From Candidatus Ozemobacteraceae bacterium (GTDB lineage: Bacteria; Muiribacteriota; Ozemobacteria; Ozemobacterales; Ozemobacteraceae), in NCBI GenBank assembly GCA_965140445.1, contig OZ223236.1:2240001-2304000 (forward strand): DNA of 64,000 nt. Reading direction: 5' to 3'. The position numbers and the translations under genes were made by a program. The notes beneath the pieces were generated by a model. It saw nothing but the letters and a program-made list of their open reading frames with translations. It was not told the origin of the DNA and did no database searches. Numbering within the stretch: the first letter of the stretch is position 1; each line of letters begins with the position of its first letter. Shown here piece after piece: positions 30,686 to 38,646 of the stretch.

Positions 30686-31450
30686 ATGATTAAAACTATG
30701 AAAAGAAAAAACGGTGTCACATTAGTTGAGATTTTGGTCGCAACTGGCGTATTAGCAATGTTCATGACTTCTATTTTTTATACTTTTAGAAGTGGGAGTG
30801 AATCTTTTAGTTCTGGAACATGGAGAGTCCAAAGTCAGAAAAAACTCCAAATGTTTTTAACTCGCCTGCGAGACTATCTTGAGAAAGCTAATTATGCTAA
30901 TGAAATTGCTCCTAATGGTGTTAATGATCCTGAAGAACTGCCTATTTATCTAAGTAGTCTGGCTTTCGACACCAATAATGATGGCAAAGACGTTATGTTT
31001 AAGTGTAGAGGGAAGAATCTTGATCTTCTGTTTTGTGCGGTTACCGAACCTTATCGGGCAGCTCAAGCTGATTTTGGAGTTCTTGAGAAGAATGGTTCAT
31101 GGCTTGGAGTAGGCGTTCTTTGCCGGAATGATCAACTAATCCTAAAAGCCAATGGAAACTGGGACACTTTTGCTGCGGATTGTTCTCCTCCTGCAGAAAT
31201 TAGACCTGCCAATCTTGCAAGATTTCCTGGAAGAGTTGGGATGAATAATATTCTTAGATTAGATGATATTGAATCTATCCATTTTTCACGTCCAACTTCT
31301 GGAGTTGCTATTGCCGATAAGGTATCATCTTCATTAAAAGTTAAAATAACTTTGCGAAGGTATAGAGGCGGCAAGCCTACGGAATCCTTTGTAACCGAGG
31401 AAATAGGAATCAGATTAATAGAAAGAAATCATACGGTGAACACTTTCTAA
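30686..31450 (+). CDS. Type IV pilin-like protein (PilW/GspJ-like)
   Basis: RKNG|VTLVEILVATGVLAMFM; QKKLQMFLTRLRDYLEKAN matches the 22501 paralog. Confidence 0.85.
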   Translation: MIKTMKRKNGVTLVEILVATGVLAMFMTSIFYTFRSGSESFSSGTWRVQSQKKLQMFLTRLRDYLEKANYANEIAPNGVNDPEELPIYLSSLAFDTNNDGKDVMFKCRGKNLDLLFCAVTEPYRAAQADFGVLEKNGSWLGVGVLCRNDQLILKANGNWDTFAADCSPPAEIRPANLARFPGRVGMNNILRLDDIESIHFSRPTSGVAIADKVSSSLKVKITLRRYRGGKPTESFVTEEIGIRLIERNHTVNTF

Positions 31451-32157
31451 TGAAAAAGCTTTTAATAATATGCTGTCTGGTTTTACTTTTTGGATCAACC
31501 AACTCATTAATTGCTTGTGATGATTACTATCTACAGTGGTCAAAGTTAAAAGAATTCCCAACTGAAAAAGCAGAAGGGGGATTTCTCGCAATTTCAGATG
31601 CAGTTTTAAGATTAAAGAATCATCTTTTTTCTGCCAAGGTTTTTAAATGGAATGGTCCCAAAAAACTTGTTCTAGGTTTTGTGGGGTGGGGTGAAAATGA
31701 AAAGAAGGCTACATCTGAACAGATATTAGATGTTAAGTCTGCGTTGTCAGAAATTTTTCACGATGGAAGGCTGGATTTTACCAATTCAAAAGAAATTGAA
31801 AAACCAGACTATGACAAACTTGGAAGCCTTTTGCCGAAAGAATCAAATGATCTCGCTCTTTCTGTAATTGTAAAAAAATATGATTTTCAATGGAAAAGTT
31901 TTTTAACTAATGATTTTTGCAGTTTTTTCAAGCTTAGATCTTATCTTTCAGAGAATGCCAGCGTCGAATTCAAATTAGTAGATTCTTCCGGAAAGCTTGT
32001 TGCATTTGAAACTTTTAATGTTTCTCCAACTCTTATTTCCGATATGAACATTGAAAATTCGGGAATGGTTAAGCTTAAAGCTGAAAGATATAGCAATAAG
32101 CCTGTAATGACTATTAAAGCAGGAGAATTACCTCCCATTTTCTCTGAGAAAAAATAG
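31450..32157 (+). CDS. Hypothetical exported protein/possible lipoprotein (LIA|C)
   Basis: Signal peptide with lipobox-like LIAC; paralog of 20840..21484. Confidence 0.6.
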   Translation: MKKLLIICCLVLLFGSTNSLIACDDYYLQWSKLKEFPTEKAEGGFLAISDAVLRLKNHLFSAKVFKWNGPKKLVLGFVGWGENEKKATSEQILDVKSALSEIFHDGRLDFTNSKEIEKPDYDKLGSLLPKESNDLALSVIVKKYDFQWKSFLTNDFCSFFKLRSYLSENASVEFKLVDSSGKLVAFETFNVSPTLISDMNIENSGMVKLKAERYSNKPVMTIKAGELPPIFSEKK

Positions 32158-32253
32158 TAAAAACTGTTTCTAATTTCTAAAATTTATTTTTTCCACTGGG
32201 AATTTTCCTAAAATTTGTTAGTATTATAGAATAATATTAATTGAGGTAAGCAA

Positions 32254-32778
32254 ATGAATCGACTTTTTGTAGGACTTCTTTTAGTTCTAATGGTTATGGG
32301 TATTTCTATTTCTGGATATGCTGAAAAGGCTAAAGAACCGGTGTGGTTTAATATTTTTCCAGAGGGTTTAATAAACGCAGATGCAAGTGAATATAACCTG
32401 CAAGACCTTGAAGGAAAGGTTTTTGGATTGTATTTCTCTGCTTCATGGTGTCGCGGTTGCGCAGCATTCTCAAGAACATTTGTTCCTTTTAGAGATAAGC
32501 ATCAAGAGAATTTTGAGGTTGTTTTGGTTGGATTTGATCATAGTTCCGTTGATATGATGGATTATATGAACAGATACAAAATGACCTGGCCTGCAATCCC
32601 TTATGATAGCCCGGCAAGAATTGCTTTAAAAGAGAGATTTAATGTTACTTCTATTCCCACGTTGATTATAATGTCACAGGACGGAAGAGTTCTTACTGAA
32701 GATGGACGTGAGCAAGTTGAGACAATGGAGGACAATGCCATTAAGCATTGGCTGGAATTAGACGCTCAAGGCAAGTAG
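32254..32778 (+). CDS. Exported thioredoxin-like protein (nucleoredoxin/tryparedoxin-type)
   Basis: Signal peptide; LEGKVFGLYFSASWCRGC; MTWPAIPY; V.SIPTLII. Confidence 0.85.
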   Translation: MNRLFVGLLLVLMVMGISISGYAEKAKEPVWFNIFPEGLINADASEYNLQDLEGKVFGLYFSASWCRGCAAFSRTFVPFRDKHQENFEVVLVGFDHSSVDMMDYMNRYKMTWPAIPYDSPARIALKERFNVTSIPTLIIMSQDGRVLTEDGREQVETMEDNAIKHWLELDAQGK

Positions 32779-32793
32779 TAATTTTTTATAAAT

Positions 32794-32826
32794 AAAAAAA
32801 AAGCAGGCTGAAAGGCCTGCTTTTTT
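32794..32826. terminator. Intrinsic terminator (bidirectional type)
   Basis: A-run, GCAGGCT-GAAA-GGCCTGC stem-loop, T-run. Confidence 0.85.
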
Positions 32827-32844
32827 GTTCAGGAGCTTTCGAGA

Positions 32845-33525
32845 TTGGAAAATAACAGCGTTAATAATTATGAGAACCTTAAAGTCAGGACTGAAACAAC
32901 TTTAGAAGCTGTTTCGCTTTCAATGGCATTTTTTTGCTTTTTACTGGGTATTGTTGGATTGTTATTTTTCCTTTTTGGAAAAAGCCATGGAATAGTGCTG
33001 TTTCTGATTGGGTCCATTGGTTTTCTATTAGGTCTTTCTTTCAAAATCTGTCTGTTTGAAAACTGTGTTTTTGATACAAACACAGGATTTGTGTGGTTTG
33101 AGTATTCATACCTGTTCTGGCATGACAAAACGCCAGTTGCTGAAATTGCTGAAATTGAAACAGTTTTTGTAGAAGGAATGCAAGAGTCTGGCAGATTTGC
33201 GGATTTTTGGACTTATAGAATAAGTATTTTGCTAAAATCCGGAAAAATCCTTCCAATAGGGCGTAATAGTTTTGACAATCTAAAAGCTCAAAATGATCAG
33301 GCAAAACGAATCGCAAAGAATATCGGAGCAAGCTTTTTTCCTGCCAGAAAGGAAAAGGCTGTTCTTTTTAATCCAGAATCTTCTCCGATTAGACTTGAAT
33401 ATATTGAATGGCCAAAAGCTAAAAAGGCTGAAGAATATGTTAAAGGCTTTGTATTGGCAGCCGGATTAATTGCTTTAATCCTTGGAACCATAGTCTCTCT
33501 AACCATATTCTTCAGCCAGAATTAG
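32845..33525 (+). CDS. Hypothetical membrane protein
   Basis: Two N-terminal TM helices, a soluble domain and a C-terminal TM helix; AGGAG RBS before TTG. Confidence 0.7.
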   Translation: MENNSVNNYENLKVRTETTLEAVSLSMAFFCFLLGIVGLLFFLFGKSHGIVLFLIGSIGFLLGLSFKICLFENCVFDTNTGFVWFEYSYLFWHDKTPVAEIAEIETVFVEGMQESGRFADFWTYRISILLKSGKILPIGRNSFDNLKAQNDQAKRIAKNIGASFFPARKEKAVLFNPESSPIRLEYIEWPKAKKAEEYVKGFVLAAGLIALILGTIVSLTIFFSQN

Positions 33526-33536
33526 ATCAGAGAAAC

Positions 33537-34607
33537 TTAAGGTATCCTTTTAAAGCCTAGCAAGACGTCAGCAAGGTGACCAGATGTTCCATTATTTCTC
33601 TCAAAACTTCCGCTAAGAACGAGCGAGTTCCCGTTTAGATCTTTTGAGTTTTTTACAAAGTCTAGATTCAGACTCTTAATCCCCATTTGATCCAGAGTTT
33701 TTAACTCGTTCTTTTCAATTTTGCCGTTTCCATTTAAGTCCTGGTAAAGCTTTAAAGCTTTGTAAACAGGGTCAAGGAAACTAATTTTTCCATCGGAGTT
33801 TTTGTCATGCTTTGCTAGTTCAGCAAATCCATTTTGGGCTCCGTTCTGATCTCCAAATAATTCTTTCCCGTTGTCAATTTTTCCATTTCCATTTTCATCA
33901 TATACCAGCATTGCATCATCGCCTTTGACCCATGCGGTGCTGTCTAATTTTCCATCAGCGTCTATGTCGAAAATGGCTCCTTCGCCAGCTTTGGTAAGAT
34001 CAATTCCATCCCCATTCATATCCAAAACTAGTGGATCGACTTTAATAATCCCCAGATCTTCAAGTGATAATTCAGTTTTTTTAGTTTCTGTTTGAGTTTT
34101 TCTGAATTTAAGATCAAGCTTATAGCTATTCTGCTGCACGATTTGATCCGCTAATTCAGAAACTGTTGAAGGTCCTTCCGAGGAAGTTGGAGCAGGCGGG
34201 TTTTCTGTTTGATAAGCTTTTTGGGCCTGTTTTAAAAGTGATTTAAACCTCCCTTTTAGTTCCAGATACTCGTCATCATTCTTACTTATCATTCTGAGCA
34301 TCAGGTCGAGATCCTTGTCCAGTTCAATGTCCTCAGGAATCTCTTCGGAAGCTGAGCTTTCAATCTGCGAGCTGCTTGCCTGAATGCTGACATTAAGCTC
34401 TGCCTCCATGGATTGTTGTCGGAACTCAGTAAGAGTCTGTCTGATCTGATTATATGGCGAAAGTTCGACCAGATCTCTTTCAATGCTCCGGGGTTTCTGG
34501 CTTTCAGATTCTGAGACTTTTTTTGCCGGGAAAAAGGCATCTAAAGCGCGTGTGAATCTGTCAGCACGCATGTACCGTTGAGATAATATTGACGCGGAAA
34601 ATGACAT
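33537..34607 (-). CDS. Protein with C-terminal Ca-binding DxDxDG-rich domain of the type found in RTX/hemolysin-type proteins
   Basis: DPLVLDMNGDGI, FDIDADG....TAWV..DDAML..DENGNGKIDNGKELFG, NGFAELAKHDKNSDGKI, DLNGNG; low-complexity Ser/Glu N-terminus. Confidence 0.75.
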   Translation of the reverse strand: MSFSASILSQRYMRADRFTRALDAFFPAKKVSESESQKPRSIERDLVELSPYNQIRQTLTEFRQQSMEAELNVSIQASSSQIESSASEEIPEDIELDKDLDLMLRMISKNDDEYLELKGRFKSLLKQAQKAYQTENPPAPTSSEGPSTVSELADQIVQQNSYKLDLKFRKTQTETKKTELSLEDLGIIKVDPLVLDMNGDGIDLTKAGEGAIFDIDADGKLDSTAWVKGDDAMLVYDENGNGKIDNGKELFGDQNGAQNGFAELAKHDKNSDGKISFLDPVYKALKLYQDLNGNGKIEKNELKTLDQMGIKSLNLDFVKNSKDLNGNSLVLSGSFERNNGTSGHLADVLLGFKRIP

Positions 34608-34611
34608 TTGT

Positions 34612-34702
34612 TTACTCCTCCTTGAGTAAGTTGCACATCCTTATGCATGAGAAAAAACACTTTCCCCTTATATATATCGGCACGTTGTGGGTATAAACTT
34701 TA
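34612..34702 (-). promoter_or_regulatory. sigma28 (FliA/SigD)-like promoter plus two CsrA-type GGA hairpins
   Basis: Minus strand TAAAGTTT...GCCGATAT (17 nt after TAAA); leader hairpins GCATAAGGATGTGC and TTACTCAAGGAGGAGTAA, the second covering the SD. Confidence 0.7.
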
Positions 34703-34821
34703 TAGTTTTATAAAAAATGTATAAAAATTAAACAGTATTACCACGAAAATTTAAACTACAGATTAAAACCTAATAATGTTAAAATCGAAACCATCCAAAA
34801 TTGCTTTAAACCCATTATCCT

Positions 34822-35772
34822 ATGGCAAACAACAACAAAATTGCATTATGCAGGAATAGTCTTATTAAGAAAATTTCCATGCTTGGCTCTATTCCTCTTT
34901 TTATAGGGGCCTGGGCTAAGTTTGGAGCAAAACCCATAATCGCTTTTTTTATAAGTCTTTTCGCAGGAGCGCTTTTGAAACTCGCCCAGAATTGGCTTTT
35001 TGAGGATTCAGAGCGAAGTTTTCCATGGCATATGTTTGTATTAGTGCCATTGGCTGTGCCTGTTGGAGTTCCAGTCTGGGCTCCAGCATTTGGTTCAATG
35101 TTTTCTCTTGTATTTGCGGTTTGGTTTTTTGGTGGAGAACAGAAAAAGCTTTTTAATCCACTTGCCATTGCAATGATATTTCTGGTTGCAGGCTATTCTT
35201 CTGTGGCTAACTTTTCTATGGCAAAGCCTTTTGAGGGATTCAAAACCGGATTTAACAAATATTCATCAGGAATAAGTATAGGAAACGATTCGCAAGAATT
35301 TTTAAAGAAGCAGTCGAATAATATAAAGTTTAATACATATTTAAACGGCAATGTTCCTGGTGTGCCGGGTAACATTTTTCCAGTGATGGTTCTTGCTTTG
35401 GGCTTTATTATTGCCATGTTGCGCTTGAAAAGCTTATTCTGGGTTTTTTCTGTTATTACTTCGCTTGCTGCTTTTTACCTGACTGTATTCAGTGGGCAGG
35501 AATGGGTTTTACCTCCAATGCATCTTTTGCTAAGTGGGACAACGGCTATATGTATCCTGTTTGCTCTTGTTGAAATTGATAATTTTTCTTCAAGGGCTAT
35601 TGTTAGCATAGTGAGAGGCGTTTTGTTTTCATTTTTTCTAATACTTCTTGTTTCAAAATCCAACCAGATTGTTGGGCCTTTTTATGCTTTGATTTTAACT
35701 GAGGTTTTTAGTCCGTTAATTGAAGACACTCTTTTTCCCGGGAAAGCTATTGAGGTGGCAAATGAAGGTTGA
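34822..35772 (+). CDS. NqrB/RnfD-like membrane subunit, divergent
   Basis: P...P.W, FFGGEQKKLFNPLAIA (compare FGG.G.N.FNPA), LNGNVPGVPG; the S/TGAT FMN site is not found. Confidence 0.75.
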   Translation: MANNNKIALCRNSLIKKISMLGSIPLFIGAWAKFGAKPIIAFFISLFAGALLKLAQNWLFEDSERSFPWHMFVLVPLAVPVGVPVWAPAFGSMFSLVFAVWFFGGEQKKLFNPLAIAMIFLVAGYSSVANFSMAKPFEGFKTGFNKYSSGISIGNDSQEFLKKQSNNIKFNTYLNGNVPGVPGNIFPVMVLALGFIIAMLRLKSLFWVFSVITSLAAFYLTVFSGQEWVLPPMHLLLSGTTAICILFALVEIDNFSSRAIVSIVRGVLFSFFLILLVSKSNQIVGPFYALILTEVFSPLIEDTLFPGKAIEVANEG

Positions 35773-36361
35773 ATACAAGGACTACATTTTTATGTTTGTT
35801 CTAACCACGGTTTGTACTCTTTTTATTGTGCTTACTAAAGCCGGAATCAGTAGTGTCGGACCTTTTAGCGACAATTCAATAAAGTCCGTTTTTTCAATTC
35901 TGAAAATAGAAACATCTGTGGATACAAACTTTAATGAAGAGTTTGAAAAAAGATTTTCTTTACTTTCAAAACCTGAATCTAAGATTAAGGTCTGGCGAAT
36001 GAGGAGTAATAGCGAAATCCACCTTATAAAAGGTGAAGGCCCTGGAATGTGGGGCAAAATAGGGATTATAACCATATTCAATTCTGAGGAAAGGAAGATT
36101 CTCGGGATTCACGTCGAGTCACAGAATGAAACTCCTGGCCTTGGGAGTAAAATTTCCGGAGAAAGTTTTCTAAAGCAATTTTCAGGAATGAAGATTGATA
36201 AAGGAGTCTCTTTGGTTGACAATCCAGATGCGGATAATGAATTCGATGCAATATCAGGAGCAACAATGTCTTCTAAGGCTTTCGGCCGAATTGTAACCGA
36301 TGTAATACTCGGCTTTGATGCATTGAATGAAGATTCGCAAAATCAGGGAGCCAGGCTATGA
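35762..36361 (+). CDS. nqrC: NqrC/RnfG-like FMN-binding subunit
   Basis: GPGMWGKI, QNETPGLGSKI, FDAISGATMSS (flavinylation motif). Start is ATG at 35762 after GAGG. Confidence 0.85.
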   Translation: MKVEYKDYIFMFVLTTVCTLFIVLTKAGISSVGPFSDNSIKSVFSILKIETSVDTNFNEEFEKRFSLLSKPESKIKVWRMRSNSEIHLIKGEGPGMWGKIGIITIFNSEERKILGIHVESQNETPGLGSKISGESFLKQFSGMKIDKGVSLVDNPDADNEFDAISGATMSSKAFGRIVTDVILGFDALNEDSQNQGARL

Positions 36362-36960
36362 GCATCAAAAAAACATTCTGGCAAGCAATGGTTCCAGAAA
36401 ACCCTGTTTTTATACTGGGGTTGGGGCTCTGTTCAACTTTAGCTGTAACTTCTGATCTTTTAAATGCTGTATTTATGAGTGTAATGGTCGCTTTTACCGC
36501 TGTTTCAAGTTCTGTTTTGATCTCTATGATGAGGGAATTTATCCCTTTCAGGTTCAGATTTATCACCTATATGATGGTCGTTTCTTCTTTGGTAATAACT
36601 GTTCAGCAATTTTTACACGCTCTTTATCCTGAGATTGCAAGCGCTTTGGGGCCATATGTGGGATTGATTGTTACTAATTGTATTGTAATGGGGCGTCTGG
36701 AATCGTTTTCAGCAAGAAATTCAGTTAAAACCTCTTTTTTTGATGCATTTGGAATGTCGTGCGGTTATGGTATGTTTCTAATTTTTATGGGTGGTTTTCG
36801 CGAGCTTTTTGGAAACGGGAATCTTCTTGGGTTAAGAGTAATGCCTGACTGGTACCCCGCATGTCGTTTTCTGGTTACTGCGCCAGGAGCATTTTTGGTT
36901 TTTGCACTGTTAATTTTTTCAGGAAATTATATTGCCTGGCAGCAAAAGAGGGGGAACTGA
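36358..36960 (+). CDS. nqrD: NqrD/RnfE-like subunit
   Basis: ENPVFILGLGLCSTLAVT, YVGLIVTNCIVMGRLESF, RELFG, APGAF. Confidence 0.88.
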   Translation: MSIKKTFWQAMVPENPVFILGLGLCSTLAVTSDLLNAVFMSVMVAFTAVSSSVLISMMREFIPFRFRFITYMMVVSSLVITVQQFLHALYPEIASALGPYVGLIVTNCIVMGRLESFSARNSVKTSFFDAFGMSCGYGMFLIFMGGFRELFGNGNLLGLRVMPDWYPACRFLVTAPGAFLVFALLIFSGNYIAWQQKRGN

Positions 36961-37574
36961 TGGATTTATTGTTTCAGCATCAGATCCTGGCAATTATTTT
37001 TTCAGCAGCAATTACCGAAAATATTGCTTTAAATTACTTTTTAGGAATTTGCCCTTTTATTTCTATTTCATCTGACACAAAAACTGCATTTCAAATGGGG
37101 GTTACTGTAACCTTCGTTATGATTATGACCTCAGCCGCAAACTGGCTGATTTATTATCATCTTTTGATTCCTAACGGATTTGAAGACTTTCATCTGCTCT
37201 TTTTTATTTTAACAATTGCGGCTCTGGTTCAGTTTCTTGAAACATTTATTGATAGATATTTTCCAGCCCTTTATTCCGTTTTTGGTATTTTCCTGCCTCT
37301 GATAACAGTAAACTGTGCGGTTATGGGAGTTTCCCTTTTCTCTATAATCAGGAATTATAGCTTGATTGAAACTCTCTTGTTTTCAGCGGGAAGCGGAATT
37401 GGCTGGACTTTGGCCATATCTTTAATGGGAGCTCTAAGAAAGCGCCTGGATATGGATGCTATTCCTAAATCCTTGGGGAAAACTGGTATAACCATGATTA
37501 TTGCGGCTTTTATGGCTATGGCTTTTGCTGGCTTATCTGAGGCTTTCAGTGGAGGGCAACCATGGAAATTCTAA
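36960..37574 (+). CDS. nqrE: NqrE/RnfA-like subunit
   Basis: ENIALNYFLGICPFI, LVQFLE, GIFLPLITVNCAVMG, MAMAF.G; ATG overlaps the upstream TGA at 36960. Confidence 0.88.
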   Translation: MDLLFQHQILAIIFSAAITENIALNYFLGICPFISISSDTKTAFQMGVTVTFVMIMTSAANWLIYYHLLIPNGFEDFHLLFFILTIAALVQFLETFIDRYFPALYSVFGIFLPLITVNCAVMGVSLFSIIRNYSLIETLLFSAGSGIGWTLAISLMGALRKRLDMDAIPKSLGKTGITMIIAAFMAMAFAGLSEAFSGGQPWKF

Positions 37575-38644
37575 AAGCGCTTGTTATAGTAAATCTTTTT
37601 GTCTTGTCTCTTTGCTTTCTTCTGGCACTTACCAGTGTCCTTTTCAAACAAAGTGGAAAGCGCAAGCTCAGGGTTAATGATAAAGAGCCGGTTGAAATTG
37701 AATACGGAACTACACTTTATGATGCCTTGGCCGAAAATAATGTGTTTCTTCCAGCTGCTTGCGGGGGACGAGGGACTTGTGGAAAGTGCGCTCTAAAGGC
37801 AACAGGCGGTGGCCCGGTACATCCCCTTGAAACTATTTTCTTTTCAAAAGATGAATTGGAAAAAGGATTAAGATTGTCCTGCCAACTCAAGATCAGAGAA
37901 GATGTATGCGTCAAGGTTCCGGAATCTCTTCTGGCAACCAGACTATTTAAAGCCAGTATAGAAAAAACTGAGCAAAGATCACAAACAATAAAAAGAATTA
38001 CAATGAAATGCTCTGGCGAAGAGGTGGATTTTAAGCCGGGGCAATATATTCAGATAATCAATGAACAACCTTGGGAAAAGGTTATTCGCGCTTATTCTAT
38101 TTCATCAGCCCCCGGAGAAAAGCTCGTAAGCATAGATGTACAGGCAATACCAGGGGGGGTGATGAGTAATTGGCTTCACGAAAGGTGCGCAGGTGAACAA
38201 ATACTTTTCACAGGACCATACGGTGAAATGGAACTCCCGGATAATCTTCCTGAAAAGCTGATTCTAATCGCAGGGGGAGTTGGGTATGCTCCTATGCGCT
38301 CAATTATTAAATGGTTTTCCAATGTAAAACCAGATCTGGAATTGCAGTTGTTTTGGGGAGCAAGAAATGCCAATGAGCTATATGATCATAACGAGTTGGT
38401 GCAAATGGAGCAGGAGTTTGCAGAATTCAATTACTTCCCAGCCCTTTCTCAGCCTCTTATTGAAGAGGGATGGACTGGAGAAAATGGATTTATTCATGAA
38501 TTGCTGGAAAAGAAGTTTCCCGTTGGAAATGATATAATGTTTTTTGTTTGTGGTCCCAAACTAATGATGGAAGCGGTGGATAGGCTTTTGCAAAACCGTG
38601 GAATCGGCTCTGATAAAATCTTTACCGATCCTTTTGATTTCTGA
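37562..38644 (+). CDS. nqrF: NqrF-like NAD(P)H/FAD/[2Fe-2S] subunit
   Basis: N-terminal TM; CGGRGTCGKC...RLSCQ; FKPGQY; RAYS; GPYG; GGVGYAPMRS; CGP. Confidence 0.88.
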   Translation: MEILKALVIVNLFVLSLCFLLALTSVLFKQSGKRKLRVNDKEPVEIEYGTTLYDALAENNVFLPAACGGRGTCGKCALKATGGGPVHPLETIFFSKDELEKGLRLSCQLKIREDVCVKVPESLLATRLFKASIEKTEQRSQTIKRITMKCSGEEVDFKPGQYIQIINEQPWEKVIRAYSISSAPGEKLVSIDVQAIPGGVMSNWLHERCAGEQILFTGPYGEMELPDNLPEKLILIAGGVGYAPMRSIIKWFSNVKPDLELQLFWGARNANELYDHNELVQMEQEFAEFNYFPALSQPLIEEGWTGENGFIHELLEKKFPVGNDIMFFVCGPKLMMEAVDRLLQNRGIGSDKIFTDPFDF

Positions 38645-38646
38645 AT

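Noticed and set aside
35720..36959. Longer ORF-track starts for nqrC (35720) and nqrE (36861)
   Set aside because: They overlap upstream genes extensively; better starts with RBS or translational coupling exist at 35762 and 36960.
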